From Vulcanimicrobiota bacterium (lineage in GTDB: Bacteria > Vulcanimicrobiota > Vulcanimicrobiia > Vulcanimicrobiales > Vulcanimicrobiaceae), in assembly GCA_963714015.1 (NCBI GenBank), contig OY970223.1, positions 128,001-192,000 on the forward strand: 64,000 bases of DNA. The letters run 5' to 3'. The notes below the pieces were generated by a model, which did no database searches, had not been told where the DNA came from, and saw nothing but the letters and a program-made list of their open reading frames with translations. Below, piece after piece: positions 33,014 through 44,808 of this stretch. The position numbers and the translations under genes are program-made. Within the stretch, counting starts at the first letter, position 1; each line of letters opens with the position of its first letter.

Positions 33014-33250
33014 AGGCGCTCCGGCCTAGCCTGCGCGCCCCCCACGCTAAAGCGTGGGGCCCCCATTTCCGCAAGGCGCCTCATGCGTTCTGCCACTTCA
33101 AAGCCTCCCCGAGGGCGCCGGAAAGATCAGCGCACACACGGGTGAGGCGCTCCGGCCTAGCCTGCGCGCCCCCCACGCTAAAGCGTGGGGCCCCCATTTC
33201 CGCAAGGCGCCTCATGCGTTCTGCCACTTCAAAGCCTCCCCGAGGGCGCC
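33014..33250. repeat. two identical 106-bp direct repeats (33014-33119, 33145-33250) with internal palindrome; REP/MITE-like
   Basis: Exact base-by-base duplication with a 25-bp spacer; each copy contains CCCCACGCT-AA-AGCGTGGGG. Confidence 0.9.
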
Positions 33251-34378
33251 CGCGGGATCGGGATTTGTCCGGCGCTTTTCGGCGGCGGCACGGGTTGCCG
33301 CGATTTGTTCAGGTGTGATTGCGGCGTCGAATGCGCGCATGTCGGCAAGCGTGAACCCGCACCGCGTCGCCATCCGCTCGATCTCGATCACTTTTTCGAG
33401 CTCGATGCCGCGGCCGAGCGTATACGACTCCAAGCGGTTTTCCAGCGCGAGCACCATGGTCTCGCTCATGCATGCCAGCGCGGTGCGCGGCGGCAAATTC
33501 GTATCCCAGTCCAGACCCGGTTCGCGGACGCGCTCGAAACGCACGTTACCGGGAACGAGCATGTTTCCGCCTTCGGTCACGAGCACGTCGGGGCGGTCTT
33601 GGGCGACGCGGCGGCTGACGTCATGCGGCAGCGAGAGTTCGCAGACAACGGCGCCCGTTTGAAGATCTTCGGGTTGAATGACCTCTTGCGTGGAACTGGT
33701 CGCAGTCAGGATCAGCTGACCTTGCCGCACTGCTTGGGAAATGTCCGTCGTGAACGAAGAACTGCACGGTAGATCCGCAGCGATCGATTCGTGAAATTTC
33801 GCGAGGCGCGTGTTGTTGCGCGCGACCATCACGACGTGCTTGACCTTCGGCGCGATGAGCTGCACGCACGCGGAGCCAATCGAACCTGTTGCGCCGACGA
33901 CGACCGCGGTGGACTCTGCCGGATCGACGCCCATCTCGCTCGCGCCGCGGAATAAACTTTGAATGCCGGCAGAAATCGTCAGTGAATTGCCGGTCGTTAC
34001 CGGAATCGGCGAGCGCTCCGCGACCGTAATGCCGCCGTCGCCCACGACGCCGGTGAACGCACCCAAGCCCGCTACCTGCGCTCCGAGTTCGGCGCCAATT
34101 TCGATGGCGCGCAGTATGCGTTTGTAAACTTCCTCGCGCGGAAACTCCATGATCTGTTCGGGGAACAGCGCCGCGGAGACGAACCAGCCTTCGGTTTCGC
34201 GGCCGTCGGGCGTTCGCACGCCCGTAACGTGCACGGCGGCCCACGGCGGCATCCACTCCATGATCTTGCGGATAATCGCGGGGCTTTTGCCTTTGGCGCT
34301 CGGTTCGTATCGCTCGATGTCTTCGAGCGACAGCGGATGAACCACGAAGCAAAACTTCGGTGCCGCGTTTGCGCTCAT
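33212..34378 (-). CDS. acyl-ACP reductase-like NAD(P)-dependent reductase
   Basis: F.FVVHPL, LGAFTGVV, VTTGNSLT, VVGATGSIGSAC, ALACMSETMVLALE resemble cyanobacterial AAR and the PigE/TamH reductase domain. Confidence 0.75.
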   Translation of the reverse strand: MSANAAPKFCFVVHPLSLEDIERYEPSAKGKSPAIIRKIMEWMPPWAAVHVTGVRTPDGRETEGWFVSAALFPEQIMEFPREEVYKRILRAIEIGAELGAQVAGLGAFTGVVGDGGITVAERSPIPVTTGNSLTISAGIQSLFRGASEMGVDPAESTAVVVGATGSIGSACVQLIAPKVKHVVMVARNNTRLAKFHESIAADLPCSSSFTTDISQAVRQGQLILTATSSTQEVIQPEDLQTGAVVCELSLPHDVSRRVAQDRPDVLVTEGGNMLVPGNVRFERVREPGLDWDTNLPPRTALACMSETMVLALENRLESYTLGRGIELEKVIEIERMATRCGFTLADMRAFDAAITPEQIAATRAAAEKRRTNPDPAGALGEALKWQNA

Positions 34379-34810
34379 CGTTCGGCCTCTTTTTTCAGAG
34401 CGGCGAGCATCATCTCGCTGTTCTCGCGCACCTTCCGCTCGAGCGTCGGACCGATCAGTTCGGCGAGCGTCGGTACGCCGAAGTCGAAGTCGACGCCGAG
34501 CATGACGTGCGTCTCGCCGCCGTTTTCGCTGAACGTCCAGGAGCCCTCAAATTTGTCCAAGTCGCCCTCGAGCAGTTTGTAGTCGATTCGCAGCCCCTCG
34601 TCGTCGAACCGGTCTTCTTCAATCCATTCGATCGGCGCCTCTTCGACGAGGGTCTTCCACCGCGAGAGCACGCGGTCCGGATGCCGCTCCAGAATGGAGA
34701 TCGACTCCACGTCCGGCATGAACTGCGGAAAGCGCTCTTGTTCTTTAGCTGAATTCGTACACGGCACGAGCTGAAGCGGCGATCACGATGGATGTTTCGA
34801 CGTAAGGCAT
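34375..34810 (-). CDS. SRPBCC/START-like lipid-binding cyclase family (frameshift near 34750)
   Basis: MPYVETSIVI.A....VY then ERFPQFMPDVESI, GDLDKFEGSW, VDFDFGVP. Confidence 0.82.
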
Positions 34811-34813
34811 TCG

Positions 34814-36091
34814 TTACAGGGCGCCGAGCTTCTCGCGAGCGGTTTCCAGCCCTGCCTGCAGCGCCGCGAGCGCGCGGTCGACCTCTTCGGAGGTAACCAC
34901 GAGCGGCGGCTCCAGGCGAATGACGCGCTGCATGTTCAGTGTCCATGCAGCCGTTACGCCCCGCTTGACCATCTCCGGAATAATCCAGCCGCCGTAGCCT
35001 TCGCTCGTGAGTTCGATGCCTGCGAGCAACCCCAAACCACGCGCCTCCTTGACGATCTCCGGATAACGCCGGGCGAGTTCATCGGCGCCCGCGAGCAGCT
35101 GCGCACCACGCTCTCGCGCATTGCGCACGAGATCGTCTTCCAAAAGCACGTTCATCGCTGCAAGCGCAGCCGCGCACGCAAGCTCGTTGCCGCCGAACGT
35201 CGAGGTGTGAATCACCGGATCCTTGGCGTAGGCCGCATTCCAGATGCTCGGCCGTGCAATGTACGCGCCGACCGGAATGATGCCGCCCGACAATCCCTTC
35301 GCCAGCGTCATCACGTCCGGAACGACGTCATCGCGATTGCAGCCGAAAAGGAATCCGCAGCGGCCAAGACCGGTTTGGACTTCGTCGGCGATGAAGAGCG
35401 CGCCGGTTCGATCGCAGATCTCGCGAACGCTGCGCAGATACCCGGCAGGCGGAACGTTAACGCCGCCCTCTCCTTGAACGGGTTCTACCACGAACGCCGC
35501 GGCGTCCCGGAGCGCCGCTTCCAACCCGTCGACGGAACCGAACGGTACGTGCTCGACGTCTACGAGCAATGGAGCGAAGGCGTTCCGAAAGTAGTCGCGT
35601 CCGCTCGCCGAAAGCGCGCCCAGCGTTTTGCCGTGGTAGGCATTGTACGTTGCGACGATCTTGCGCCGCTTCGTCGCGGCACGCGAGAGTTTTATTGCAC
35701 CCTCGACGGCTTCCGTACCGCTGTTTGCGAAAAACGATATCTGAAGATCGCCGGGCGCGAGCTCGGCAAGGCGTTTGGAAGCGCGTCCGAGCATGACGTT
35801 GAACATCGTCTTGCCGGAGAGCGACATCAACTCCATCTGCTCTTTGACCGCTGCGATCACTTTCGGGTGACTGTGACCGAGCGTAAAGACGCCGTAGCCG
35901 CCGGCGAAGTCCAAGTACGCTTTGCCGTTATGATCCCAAATCGTGCAGCCTTTCGCGCGAACTTCGACCGGGCTTCCGGAGACTTTCATGACTCGCGCGA
36001 GCGGCGGATTCACGTAATTCTTGTAGTTCTCGTACGTCTCGTCGTACAAGTCTTGACCGGCACTTACCGCGAAAGCGATACTCTCGGTCAT
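34814..36091 (-). CDS. class III aminotransferase
   Basis: [53 protein letters not shown]. Confidence 0.92.
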   Translation of the reverse strand: MTESIAFAVSAGQDLYDETYENYKNYVNPPLARVMKVSGSPVEVRAKGCTIWDHNGKAYLDFAGGYGVFTLGHSHPKVIAAVKEQMELMSLSGKTMFNVMLGRASKRLAELAPGDLQISFFANSGTEAVEGAIKLSRAATKRRKIVATYNAYHGKTLGALSASGRDYFRNAFAPLLVDVEHVPFGSVDGLEAALRDAAAFVVEPVQGEGGVNVPPAGYLRSVREICDRTGALFIADEVQTGLGRCGFLFGCNRDDVVPDVMTLAKGLSGGIIPVGAYIARPSIWNAAYAKDPVIHTSTFGGNELACAAALAAMNVLLEDDLVRNARERGAQLLAGADELARRYPEIVKEARGLGLLAGIELTSEGYGGWIIPEMVKRGVTAAWTLNMQRVIRLEPPLVVTSEEVDRALAALQAGLETAREKLGAL

Positions 36092-37122
36092 GCGGCTGCC
36101 GCGCGTTCGAGCGACGCGATGGTTTCCTCGACGACCGCGACGACGTCGGCCGCGCGATCCAAGTGCATAATGCGCTCGCGAAGAACGGCGGCGTTTGGAA
36201 TTCCTTTCAAATAGAGCGCCAGATGCTTGCGCATTTGCGGAACCGCGCGCGGCTCGCCCAATTCGTCGACCATCGTCCTATAGTGCACGTGAATCGCGTA
36301 GCGCAGCCGATCGGCAGCGCTCGGCACGGGCTGTTCGGGGCGGCCTTCCATCAGGTCCCGGATTTGCGAGATCAGCCACGGATTCCCCAGCGTCGCGCGC
36401 CCCAGCATGATCGCGTCGACGCCGCTCTCCCGCATTCGCCGCATTGCGCTGAACGGTTCGTCCAGATCGCCGTTGCCGATAACGGGAATGTCGATCGCCT
36501 GCTTGAGCGCTTTGATGTGCTCCCAATCCGCGCTTCCTTTATAGAACTGTTTTGCGGTACGGGCGTGGAGCGTCACCGCCTGGATCCCCACGCGCTGCGC
36601 GCGGCGCGCGACTTCGACGTACACGATCTCCGCCTCGCTCCAGCCTAAGCGCATTTTCATGGTGACCGGACAATCCACTGCGCGCACCACGGCATCCATG
36701 ATCCGCTCGCAGCGCTCGACGTCCCGCAGGCAAGCCGAGCCGCCGTTGATCTTGGTGACCTTCGGTGAGGGGCAGCCGAAATTGATGTCCACGATGTCGG
36801 CGCCGCACTCCCGCACGACCTTCGCCGCCTTGGCCATCACCTCGGGATCGTCACCCCAAAGCTGCGTGCTGACCGGCTTCTCCAGTCCGTGCTGATCGAT
36901 CATCTCCATCGTGCGCTTTGCGCTCGAGGCGTACTGGAGCGCATTTGCGGAGACGAACTCGGTCACGGTGAGCCCCAAACCGAACGGCTTATAGAGCGCC
37001 CGCATCGTGCGGTTGGTCACGCCGGACATCGGCGCCAAAATCAGCGGCGGCCAAATCCGGTGCGGGCCAATCGTTAAGGGAGCGACCGGACGAACGGTCT
37101 GAATTGGGTCGGCGCAAGCCAT
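36088..37122 (-). CDS. dusB: tRNA-dihydrouridine synthase
   Basis: LAPMSGVT, DINFGCP, VTLHART, IPVIGNGD, MLGRA.LGNPW. Confidence 0.92.
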   Translation of the reverse strand: MACADPIQTVRPVAPLTIGPHRIWPPLILAPMSGVTNRTMRALYKPFGLGLTVTEFVSANALQYASSAKRTMEMIDQHGLEKPVSTQLWGDDPEVMAKAAKVVRECGADIVDINFGCPSPKVTKINGGSACLRDVERCERIMDAVVRAVDCPVTMKMRLGWSEAEIVYVEVARRAQRVGIQAVTLHARTAKQFYKGSADWEHIKALKQAIDIPVIGNGDLDEPFSAMRRMRESGVDAIMLGRATLGNPWLISQIRDLMEGRPEQPVPSAADRLRYAIHVHYRTMVDELGEPRAVPQMRKHLALYLKGIPNAAVLRERIMHLDRAADVVAVVEETIASLERAAAA

Positions 37123-37220
37123 ACGGAGCGAGTATAGCACGGGTTGTCATCGCCGAGCAGCAGCGCTTCGACGTAAGGCACGAAGCCTCGGGCCGCCCCA
37201 GGTGATCCGGGAGTCCGTCT

Positions 37221-37994
37221 TCATGACGACAGGGATTGGTAGTACCGGCGTAAGCCCAGCAGACTGAGGTGCGGATTGACTTCATAAACGATGTCGCTGT
37301 TGCGCGCAACGACGTCGGCCATGCCGCCGGTCGCGATCACGCGGGCGTCGGCGCCGAGCTCTTCGCGGAAACGGCGCACCAAGCTCTCCGTCTGGCCGAC
37401 GAAACCGTAGACGATGCCCGATTGCAACGAAGATACCGTATCGGTGCCGAGCGCGCGCTTCGGAGCCTCCAGCGCAATTTGCGGCAACTTTGCGGTGCGC
37501 TCGACGAGTGCTTCGATCGAAGTGTTGATTCCCGGGGCGATCGCTACGCCGACGTATTCGCCCTGCGCGGAGATCGCCATGAAGACCGTCGCCGTTCCGT
37601 AACTGATCACGATTAAAGGCGCGCCATAGCGCTCGCGCGCACCGATGGCGCATGCGACCAAATCGGCGCCTACTTCACCGGGCCGCTCGGTGCGGATCGC
37701 CATGAGGTTCTGCCTGTGCGCTTTGAACAATTGCGGCGCACAACCGAAATAGCGCGCCGAAGCTTGCTCGAGCACGTTGTCGAGTTGCGGGACCACGCTG
37801 GCAATCACGACCTCTTCGACGTCCGAATGCTTCAGATTTGCGGTCGCGAGGAGTTGCGAGAAGAACACGCCGTACTCGTCGGCAGTGCGGCGCGAATCCG
37901 TCGTGACGCGCCAAAATTGCAAGAGCTCGCCGCCGCCCGGCTCGAAGCAGCCGAGCTTGGTTTCGGTGTTGCCGACGTCAATGACGAGAAGCAC
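37221..37994 (-). CDS. coaX: type III pantothenate kinase
   Basis: IDVGNT, SVVP, EVGAD, GTAT, IAPG, IATGG. Confidence 0.93.
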   Translation of the reverse strand: MLLVIDVGNTETKLGCFEPGGGELLQFWRVTTDSRRTADEYGVFFSQLLATANLKHSDVEEVVIASVVPQLDNVLEQASARYFGCAPQLFKAHRQNLMAIRTERPGEVGADLVACAIGARERYGAPLIVISYGTATVFMAISAQGEYVGVAIAPGINTSIEALVERTAKLPQIALEAPKRALGTDTVSSLQSGIVYGFVGQTESLVRRFREELGADARVIATGGMADVVARNSDIVYEVNPHLSLLGLRRYYQSLSS

Positions 37995-39173
37995 GTAATT
38001 CCTCGATGCAGTCGAGAAGACGCGCAGCAAGCACGCTCTTTGAAGCCGATCCAAGCTCGCGGCGCCCCTCGCGTCCCCACAATACCGTCAGCTCGTTCGT
38101 CTGCGCGCCGAAGCCGCGGTTCCCCGAAACGTCGTTCACGGCGATCGCGTCGAGATTCTTACGCGCAAGCTTCTCGCGAGCATTGGACTCGTGGTTCTGC
38201 GTCTCGGCGGCAAATCCGACGACGAAACTCCGTCCTTTGTTTTTCGCGATCTCCGCCAGCACGTCGGGATTTCGAACCATCCGGACGTTTTGATCCTCGC
38301 CGGTCTTCTTGACCTTCTGTTCTTCGCGACGTTCGGGACGCCAGTCCGAAACTGCCGCCGTAGCGACGATCAGATCGGCGCCGCGCGCGTGCTCGAGAGC
38401 CGCCTGCAGCATTTGCTCGGCGTTCTCAACACGCACGGTCCGCGCACCGGCCGGCGGATCCAAATGGGTCGGGCCCAAGATCAGCGTGACATCGGCGCCG
38501 CGCAGGGCTGCTTCCCGCGCCAAGGCGATTCCCGTTTCGCCCGTCGCCGCATTCCCGACGAACCGCACCGGATCGAACGCTTCGCGCGTCGGACCGGCGG
38601 TGATTGCGACGCGCAGTCCCGCTAATGATTGCGATCGCGCGAGCGCGGCTTCCAGCGCGTCAATCAGCGCTTCCTCCGATGCCAGGCGTCCTACTCCATG
38701 CTCGCGTTCGGCCAAGAACCCGCGCTCCGGCTCGACGAACTCGCACCCCCGCTCGCGCAGCGCACGCAGGTTCTCTTGCGTTGCGGGATTGCGAAACATC
38801 GCATCGTTCATTGCGGGCGCCAGGACGATCGGAATTCGCGCCGCAAGCAGCGCGGTCGTGAGCAGGTCGTCCGCGATGCCGTTCGCGAGCTTGGCGATGA
38901 CGTTCGCCGTTGCCGGAACGACCAGCGCGACGTCGGCTTCGCGCACGAGCCGGATGTGCGGAATGCGCTCCGGCGCGTCCCACAATGAGGTGTACACGGG
39001 GCGCGCGGTCAAGGATGCGAACGTGAGGGGCGCAATGAAACGCTCCGCTTCAGCCGTCATGACGACGTCGATAATCGCTCCGCGTTGGACGAGCGTACTG
39101 GTCAATGCGGCGGACTTGTATGCGGCGATGCCGCCCGTCACGCCCAGCAGAATGCGCGCGCCTACAAGCCCCT

Positions 39174-39177
<4 letters not shown>
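37978..39177 (-). CDS. coaBC: phosphopantothenoylcysteine decarboxylase/ligase
   Basis: GVTGGIAAYK, APAMN, ITAGPTRE.FDPVRF, VGFAAET. Confidence 0.96.
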
Positions 39178-40332
<1,155 letters not shown>

Positions 40333-40471
40333 TCATTCTCGCTCTTTCGGCGTCCTCTACAGTAGCCGAGCCGGCTGCGGACGAAGGACCGCGGCAACGG
40401 TTGGCGCACACTGGGTATGATGCTTATTCCGGGGCATTAACAATTCCATGACACCGGACGATATTCAGTAA

Positions 40472-40723
40472 GTGACGTTATGGACATCGGAACCGGGCAC
40501 TGAGGCGGAACGGATGAACGACAGGATCGACGAGTTGCTGCATCTCATTGAGGTCGAGCCCGACGCACTGCGCGAGGCCGAATTCATGCAGGCGCAAGCG
40601 ATTCTCGACACGATGATCGGCAAAACTATTACCACTGCCGAAATCGAAGAAACGCGGATCGTAGTCACGACGTCCGACGGCAACAAATACTTTTTCTACG
40701 GATTCTTAGGAGAAGGCAGCTAG
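40472..40723 (+). CDS. small acidic hypothetical protein
   Basis: 83-aa ORF with protein-like composition filling a gap between genes; start uncertain. Confidence 0.5.
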   Translation: MTLWTSEPGTEAERMNDRIDELLHLIEVEPDALREAEFMQAQAILDTMIGKTITTAEIEETRIVVTTSDGNKYFFYGFLGEGS

Positions 40724-40730
40724 CAGCCGT

Positions 40731-41097
40731 CTAGGCTCGCGTTTTTTGCTGAAGACCGTGGATGAACTCCACGATGGCGCTCTGATCGGCTGCGGCGATC
40801 TGCGTAAACGCCACACCATGCGCGAACTGTTGTTTTCCCGCATCGAAGAACGATAGCACGACGCGCGCGCGGATCATCATCTCGCGTTCGTCGTCGGGGA
40901 GCGTAAACCGCAACGTCACGTTTTGTCCGGGAGCTCAAATCGTTTTTGGTAATGACGCGCACGCCGCCGCCGCTCAAATCGACCGCATTACCGTACATCA
41001 CGAGTTCACCGCCCGGAACGATGACCGTTACGGGGAAATCGACAGGAGCCCTAAAGAAGCGCCGCTGTTGCGGAGTGCCGGATTGATCGGTAGTCAC
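40731..41097 (-). CDS. PilZ domain protein (frameshift near 40930)
   Basis: QRRFFR (RxxxR) and DLSGGG (DxSxxG); C-terminal RARVV...HGVAF in another frame. Confidence 0.85.
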
Positions 41098-41137
41098 TAC
41101 GGCTCTATCGTTCTTGAGAAGTCCGGTTCGCCCTGCG

Positions 41138-42392
41138 TCATTCGGCAACGGCTCGCGCGGCAATGAGGGCGCCCAGCATCGAATGTTCGGCCATGACGCC
41201 GCCTTGCAAATAGACTTCGTACGGCTCGCGCAGGGGCGCGTCGCACGAGAGTTCGATTGTGGCGCCGCCGACGAACGCCCCGCTGGACATGATGACGGGA
41301 TCGACGTATCCCGGCACGGCTCCGGGCTCGGGTCGAAACTGCGCGTTTACGGGCAGCGCCGTTTGTAAAGCCTGGGCAAAGCGCCGGAGACTTTTGCGCA
41401 TCTCCCAAACGCACGGACTGCACGATGTCCGTGCGCGTGTCCCCCGGCTGCGGGTCCACCTCGTACCCCAGCGCGGCGAAAAGCGCAGCCGCAAAATCGA
41501 GCCCGCGCAGCGTCTGTTCCACGATCATCGGCGCGATGAACAAGCCTTGGATCAACGCGCGCCCAAAGCCGAGCGTCGGTCCCAGCGCGTCGCCCAATCC
41601 GGGCGCGTACAAGCGCGCGGCAACGCGTTCGATCAAATCCTCGCGGCCGGCAACGTAACCGCCTGCAGGCGCAAGCGATCCGCCCAAGTTTTTGATCAGC
41701 GATCCCATCACCAAATCAGCGCCGGCATGCGTGGGCTCCCGAGACTCGACAAGTTCGCCGTAGCAATCGTCCACCAGAATTGCAACGTCCGGACGCAGTC
41801 GTTTCGCGAGCGAAAAGATTCGCTCGCACTGCGTTACGTCGACGGACGGTCGAGGGGCATAACCGCGCGATCGCTGGACGAACATGGTCGCGACGCGCGG
41901 ATCTTCCAGCTGCTCTGCGATCGACTGCTCGTCGAACAACGCCGGGCTTGCCGATCGCAGTGCAACTTCGCGATAGATCGCGCCGGTCGACGTCAAGCAA
42001 TGCGGTGCCTGCGCGATCGCATTGTGCAGCGTATCGTAAGGCCGGCCGGTCACGCTCAGCAGAACCTTGCCCGGAGGAGTGCATGCAAAGAGCGCAGCAA
42101 CGATTGCGTGCGTTCCGCTGACGAACGACAGCCGAGCCAGCGCACGAGGCACGCCGAATATTCGCGCCAACAGGGACTCGTAACGCTCCCGCGCCGCATC
42201 GTCGTAACCGTAACCGGTCGATCCCGCGAGATCGTGCTCGGCGACGCCTTCTTTCAGGAAGGCCGCCAAGACGTTGGCCTTTACTCGATCTTGCGCCGGA
42301 TATTTCAAGTCGCGGGTCCGGGCGTGCGCGAGAAGCGCCGCATCGCGTACGTCGCCGCGGATGCCGAAGCGGTCGCAAAGAATCTCGATCAC
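41138..42392 (-). CDS. YnbB/aluminium-resistance (methionine gamma-lyase-like) PLP protein (frameshift near 41395)
   Basis: GSTGYGYDD, FVSGTHAI, QRSRGY, GSLIKNLGG; second frame GATIELSCDAP. Confidence 0.88.
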
Positions 42393-43560
42393 GCGTTGGC
42401 GCGAGCTTCGTGTTGTTCGTATGCGCGAACGAACGGCAGGTACAGCACCGTCGCGACCACTAGGTTCACGCACACGAGGCCGATCGCGCGAACGTCCGAA
42501 GTCGCCAAATACGTCGAAGCGAACGTCGGAATACTCGACGGAATCCACAGGGCCGGCCGTGCTACCAGCCCGCCGGCGATTGTGAAGTAGGAGATCGTTG
42601 CCAAAACGATTGGCACGACGACGAACGGAATCGCGAGGAACGGGTTCAACACGATCGGTAATCCGAACACGAGCGGTTCGTTGATGTTGAAGAGCGCGGG
42701 CACTAAGGTCAAGCGTCCGACTTTACGCAGGCGATCCACCTTGCTCATCGCAAGCAATACGACGAGCGGAAGCGTCGCGCCCGCGCCCCCGGGAAAGACG
42801 AACAGGAAGAGCGAGACGACGACGATATGCGGCAGCGGCTGGTGCACGTCGAAGGCGGCGGTATTCTGCTGCTGAAGCGCCAGATATACGGGCGTTACGA
42901 TCGCGGCGAGCGTCGCGGGTCCGTGAACGCCGAAGATCCACAACACCGTTTCCGCCAGCGTTATGACGATCAGCGCGGCATACGTGTCGCCCAGCCGCCC
43001 CATCGGTGCCAGCGCCCAAATCAATGCGTTGCCGAGCGAGAAGTGTACGTCGAAAAGGGCCGCTGTCAACAAGATCGCGAGTGCGGCGGCGAGCGTCTGC
43101 GCGATGAGCCGCGGTCGAATGACGCGCTGCAGCAATACGCTGGCGCCCGCGATCCCAAGCGCGACGATCAGCGCGAGAAAAAGTCCACTCTGCCCAACGC
43201 GTCCCAAATAGGCCAGCGGATCCGCATAGGTGACGGGGCGTGGCAATGCGAGGGTGAACGCGACGAAGGTTCCGGCAACGAGTATTCCACGCTTCAGGTT
43301 GAGCTGCAGCGCAAGCCGGTACGGCAGAACGATTGCCAGAGTGACCGCCATCACGCCGAACGCCGGCAGCTCGGCCAGCGAGATTCGATCGAGCAAACTT
43401 GAGAAAAATGGCCGATGCACCGGGACGACGGCCATGAAAAAGATCAGGCCGGCGACAAGACCGATGATGCTCCACGGCAGCGCGTCGCGCACGGCAACCA
43501 TGGCCGGAGCATCGCCAAAAGCGCGCAAGACCGGCACCACGCGCCGGTCGAACCAGATAA
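42389..43560 (-). CDS. PTS EIIC component, lactose/cellobiose family
   Basis: AVRDA, LWIFGVHG, GGAGATL, FNINEPLVFGLPIVLNP, YLPFVR; start uncertain. Confidence 0.85.
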
Positions 43561-43562
43561 AG

Positions 43563-44171
43563 CTAGAGTTTGCGAACCACGGCCTCGACGCGGCCGACGA
43601 TCGTGACATCGTTCGAATAGATTGGCGCCATCGACTGATTCTCCGGCTGGAGCCGCACGCGCCCGTCTTCCTTGTAAAAGCGCTTCACCGTAGCCTCGCC
43701 GTCAAGCATCGCAACGACGATCTCGCCGTTATTCGCGCTTTTCTGCGGGCGTACGACGATGAGATCGCCGTCCAGAATAGCCGCGTCGACCATCGAGTCG
43801 CCCTGAACTCGCAACATGAAGCCGTCCGAGCTGCGCGTGAAGGAGGCCGGCAGCACGAATTCACCTTCGACGTTCTCCTCGGCCGTAATCGGAACGCCGG
43901 CTGCCACTTTGCCGATGACGGGCATTACGATCGTTTCAGGCGCCGGCGGCCCGGGGGGGTTCATCTGGCTGCGCAAGGCGCGCGGTTTGGTGGGATCGCG
44001 GCTGATCAGCCCGTGCTTTTCGAGCGACTTGAGGTGCGCGTGGATCGTCGAGGACGAGGAAAGGCCGACGCGCTCGCCGATCTCGCGGACCGACGGCGGG
44101 TAGCCCCGCTCGGCCGTGAATTGTCGGATAACGTCCAAAATGCGGCGCTGCTTTTCCGTGGCTTGCTGCAT
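43563..44171 (-). CDS. lexA: SOS repressor LexA
   Basis: GYPPSVREIG, VAAG.P cleavage site, GDSM, ATVKR. Confidence 0.97.
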   Translation of the reverse strand: MQQATEKQRRILDVIRQFTAERGYPPSVREIGERVGLSSSSTIHAHLKSLEKHGLISRDPTKPRALRSQMNPPGPPAPETIVMPVIGKVAAGVPITAEENVEGEFVLPASFTRSSDGFMLRVQGDSMVDAAILDGDLIVVRPQKSANNGEIVVAMLDGEATVKRFYKEDGRVRLQPENQSMAPIYSNDVTIVGRVEAVVRKL

Positions 44172-44261
44172 GCTCCCCCTGCCTTAGCCGCCGGGGCCCG
44201 CAAAAGGACACCCGTATGGCACAAGTTCCTGGTAAACCCTATCACAAATGCGCCTGCATGG

Positions 44262-44377
44262 CAAACATATGTTCGAGAACCCCTTGACACTACGCGAAAA
44301 GGCTGTGGTAAAATCTAGGGGACGAACAAGCGTTTGGCACAACATATAGGCAGGGTAGTATACCAAACACCAGTTCG
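44262..44377. promoter_or_regulatory. three Gram-positive-type LexA (Cheo) boxes around a divergent promoter
   Basis: CAAACATATGTTCG (44262), CGAACAAGCGTTTG (44323), CAAACACCAGTTCG (44364) vs consensus CGAAC-N4-GTTCG; TTGACA at 44284 and TGnTAAAAT at 44306-44314. Confidence 0.8.
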
Positions 44378-44404
44378 TCGCAAGATATAGTCGAGGAGAA
44401 AGCC

Positions 44405-44686
44405 ATGGTCAAGCGTAGACGATTTACCCTGATGCCGCTCATCACCCTGGCGACCCTGAGCGCCGTCGTGACCGTTCCGGCTCTCTCGGGTATGCATCTC
44501 TACGCGGCAACGCCTCAGCATTTTGCCACGATAGTCGTCCATTCCGGAGACTCCCTTTGGAGCATCGCCTCAACCCATACGTCCACCGGTAACGACGTCC
44601 AAGAGACCGTCGATCGCATCAGCGAAGTGAACCACCTTACCACCTCCGCCATCGAGCCCGGACAGCGCCTTCGCGTCCCTGAGTGA
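44405..44686 (+). CDS. membrane-anchored LysM protein, YneA/ChiZ-like SOS division inhibitor
   Basis: One TM helix plus V..GDSLWSIA...I.EVNHL....I.PGQRL.VP; divergent from lexA. Confidence 0.85.
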   Translation: MVKRRRFTLMPLITLATLSAVVTVPALSGMHLYAATPQHFATIVVHSGDSLWSIASTHTSTGNDVQETVDRISEVNHLTTSAIEPGQRLRVPE

Positions 44687-44700
44687 GCGCGTAAAAACAA

Positions 44701-44732
44701 AAAAAGGACCGCACCCTCCCGCGGTCTTTTTT
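44701..44732 (+). terminator. intrinsic terminator
   Basis: AAAAAGGACCGC-loop-GCGGTCTTTTTT. Confidence 0.8.
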
Positions 44733-44808
44733 ATTCTCTTCCGGGGAGAGACGCTTGCGCACTGCCGCGGGCCAACCGGAAGAAACCTTGACGAGCAGCG
44801 CCGAAGCG

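Noticed and set aside
33014..33250. CRISPR array
   Set aside because: Only two units of 106 bp with one 25-bp spacer; no cas genes
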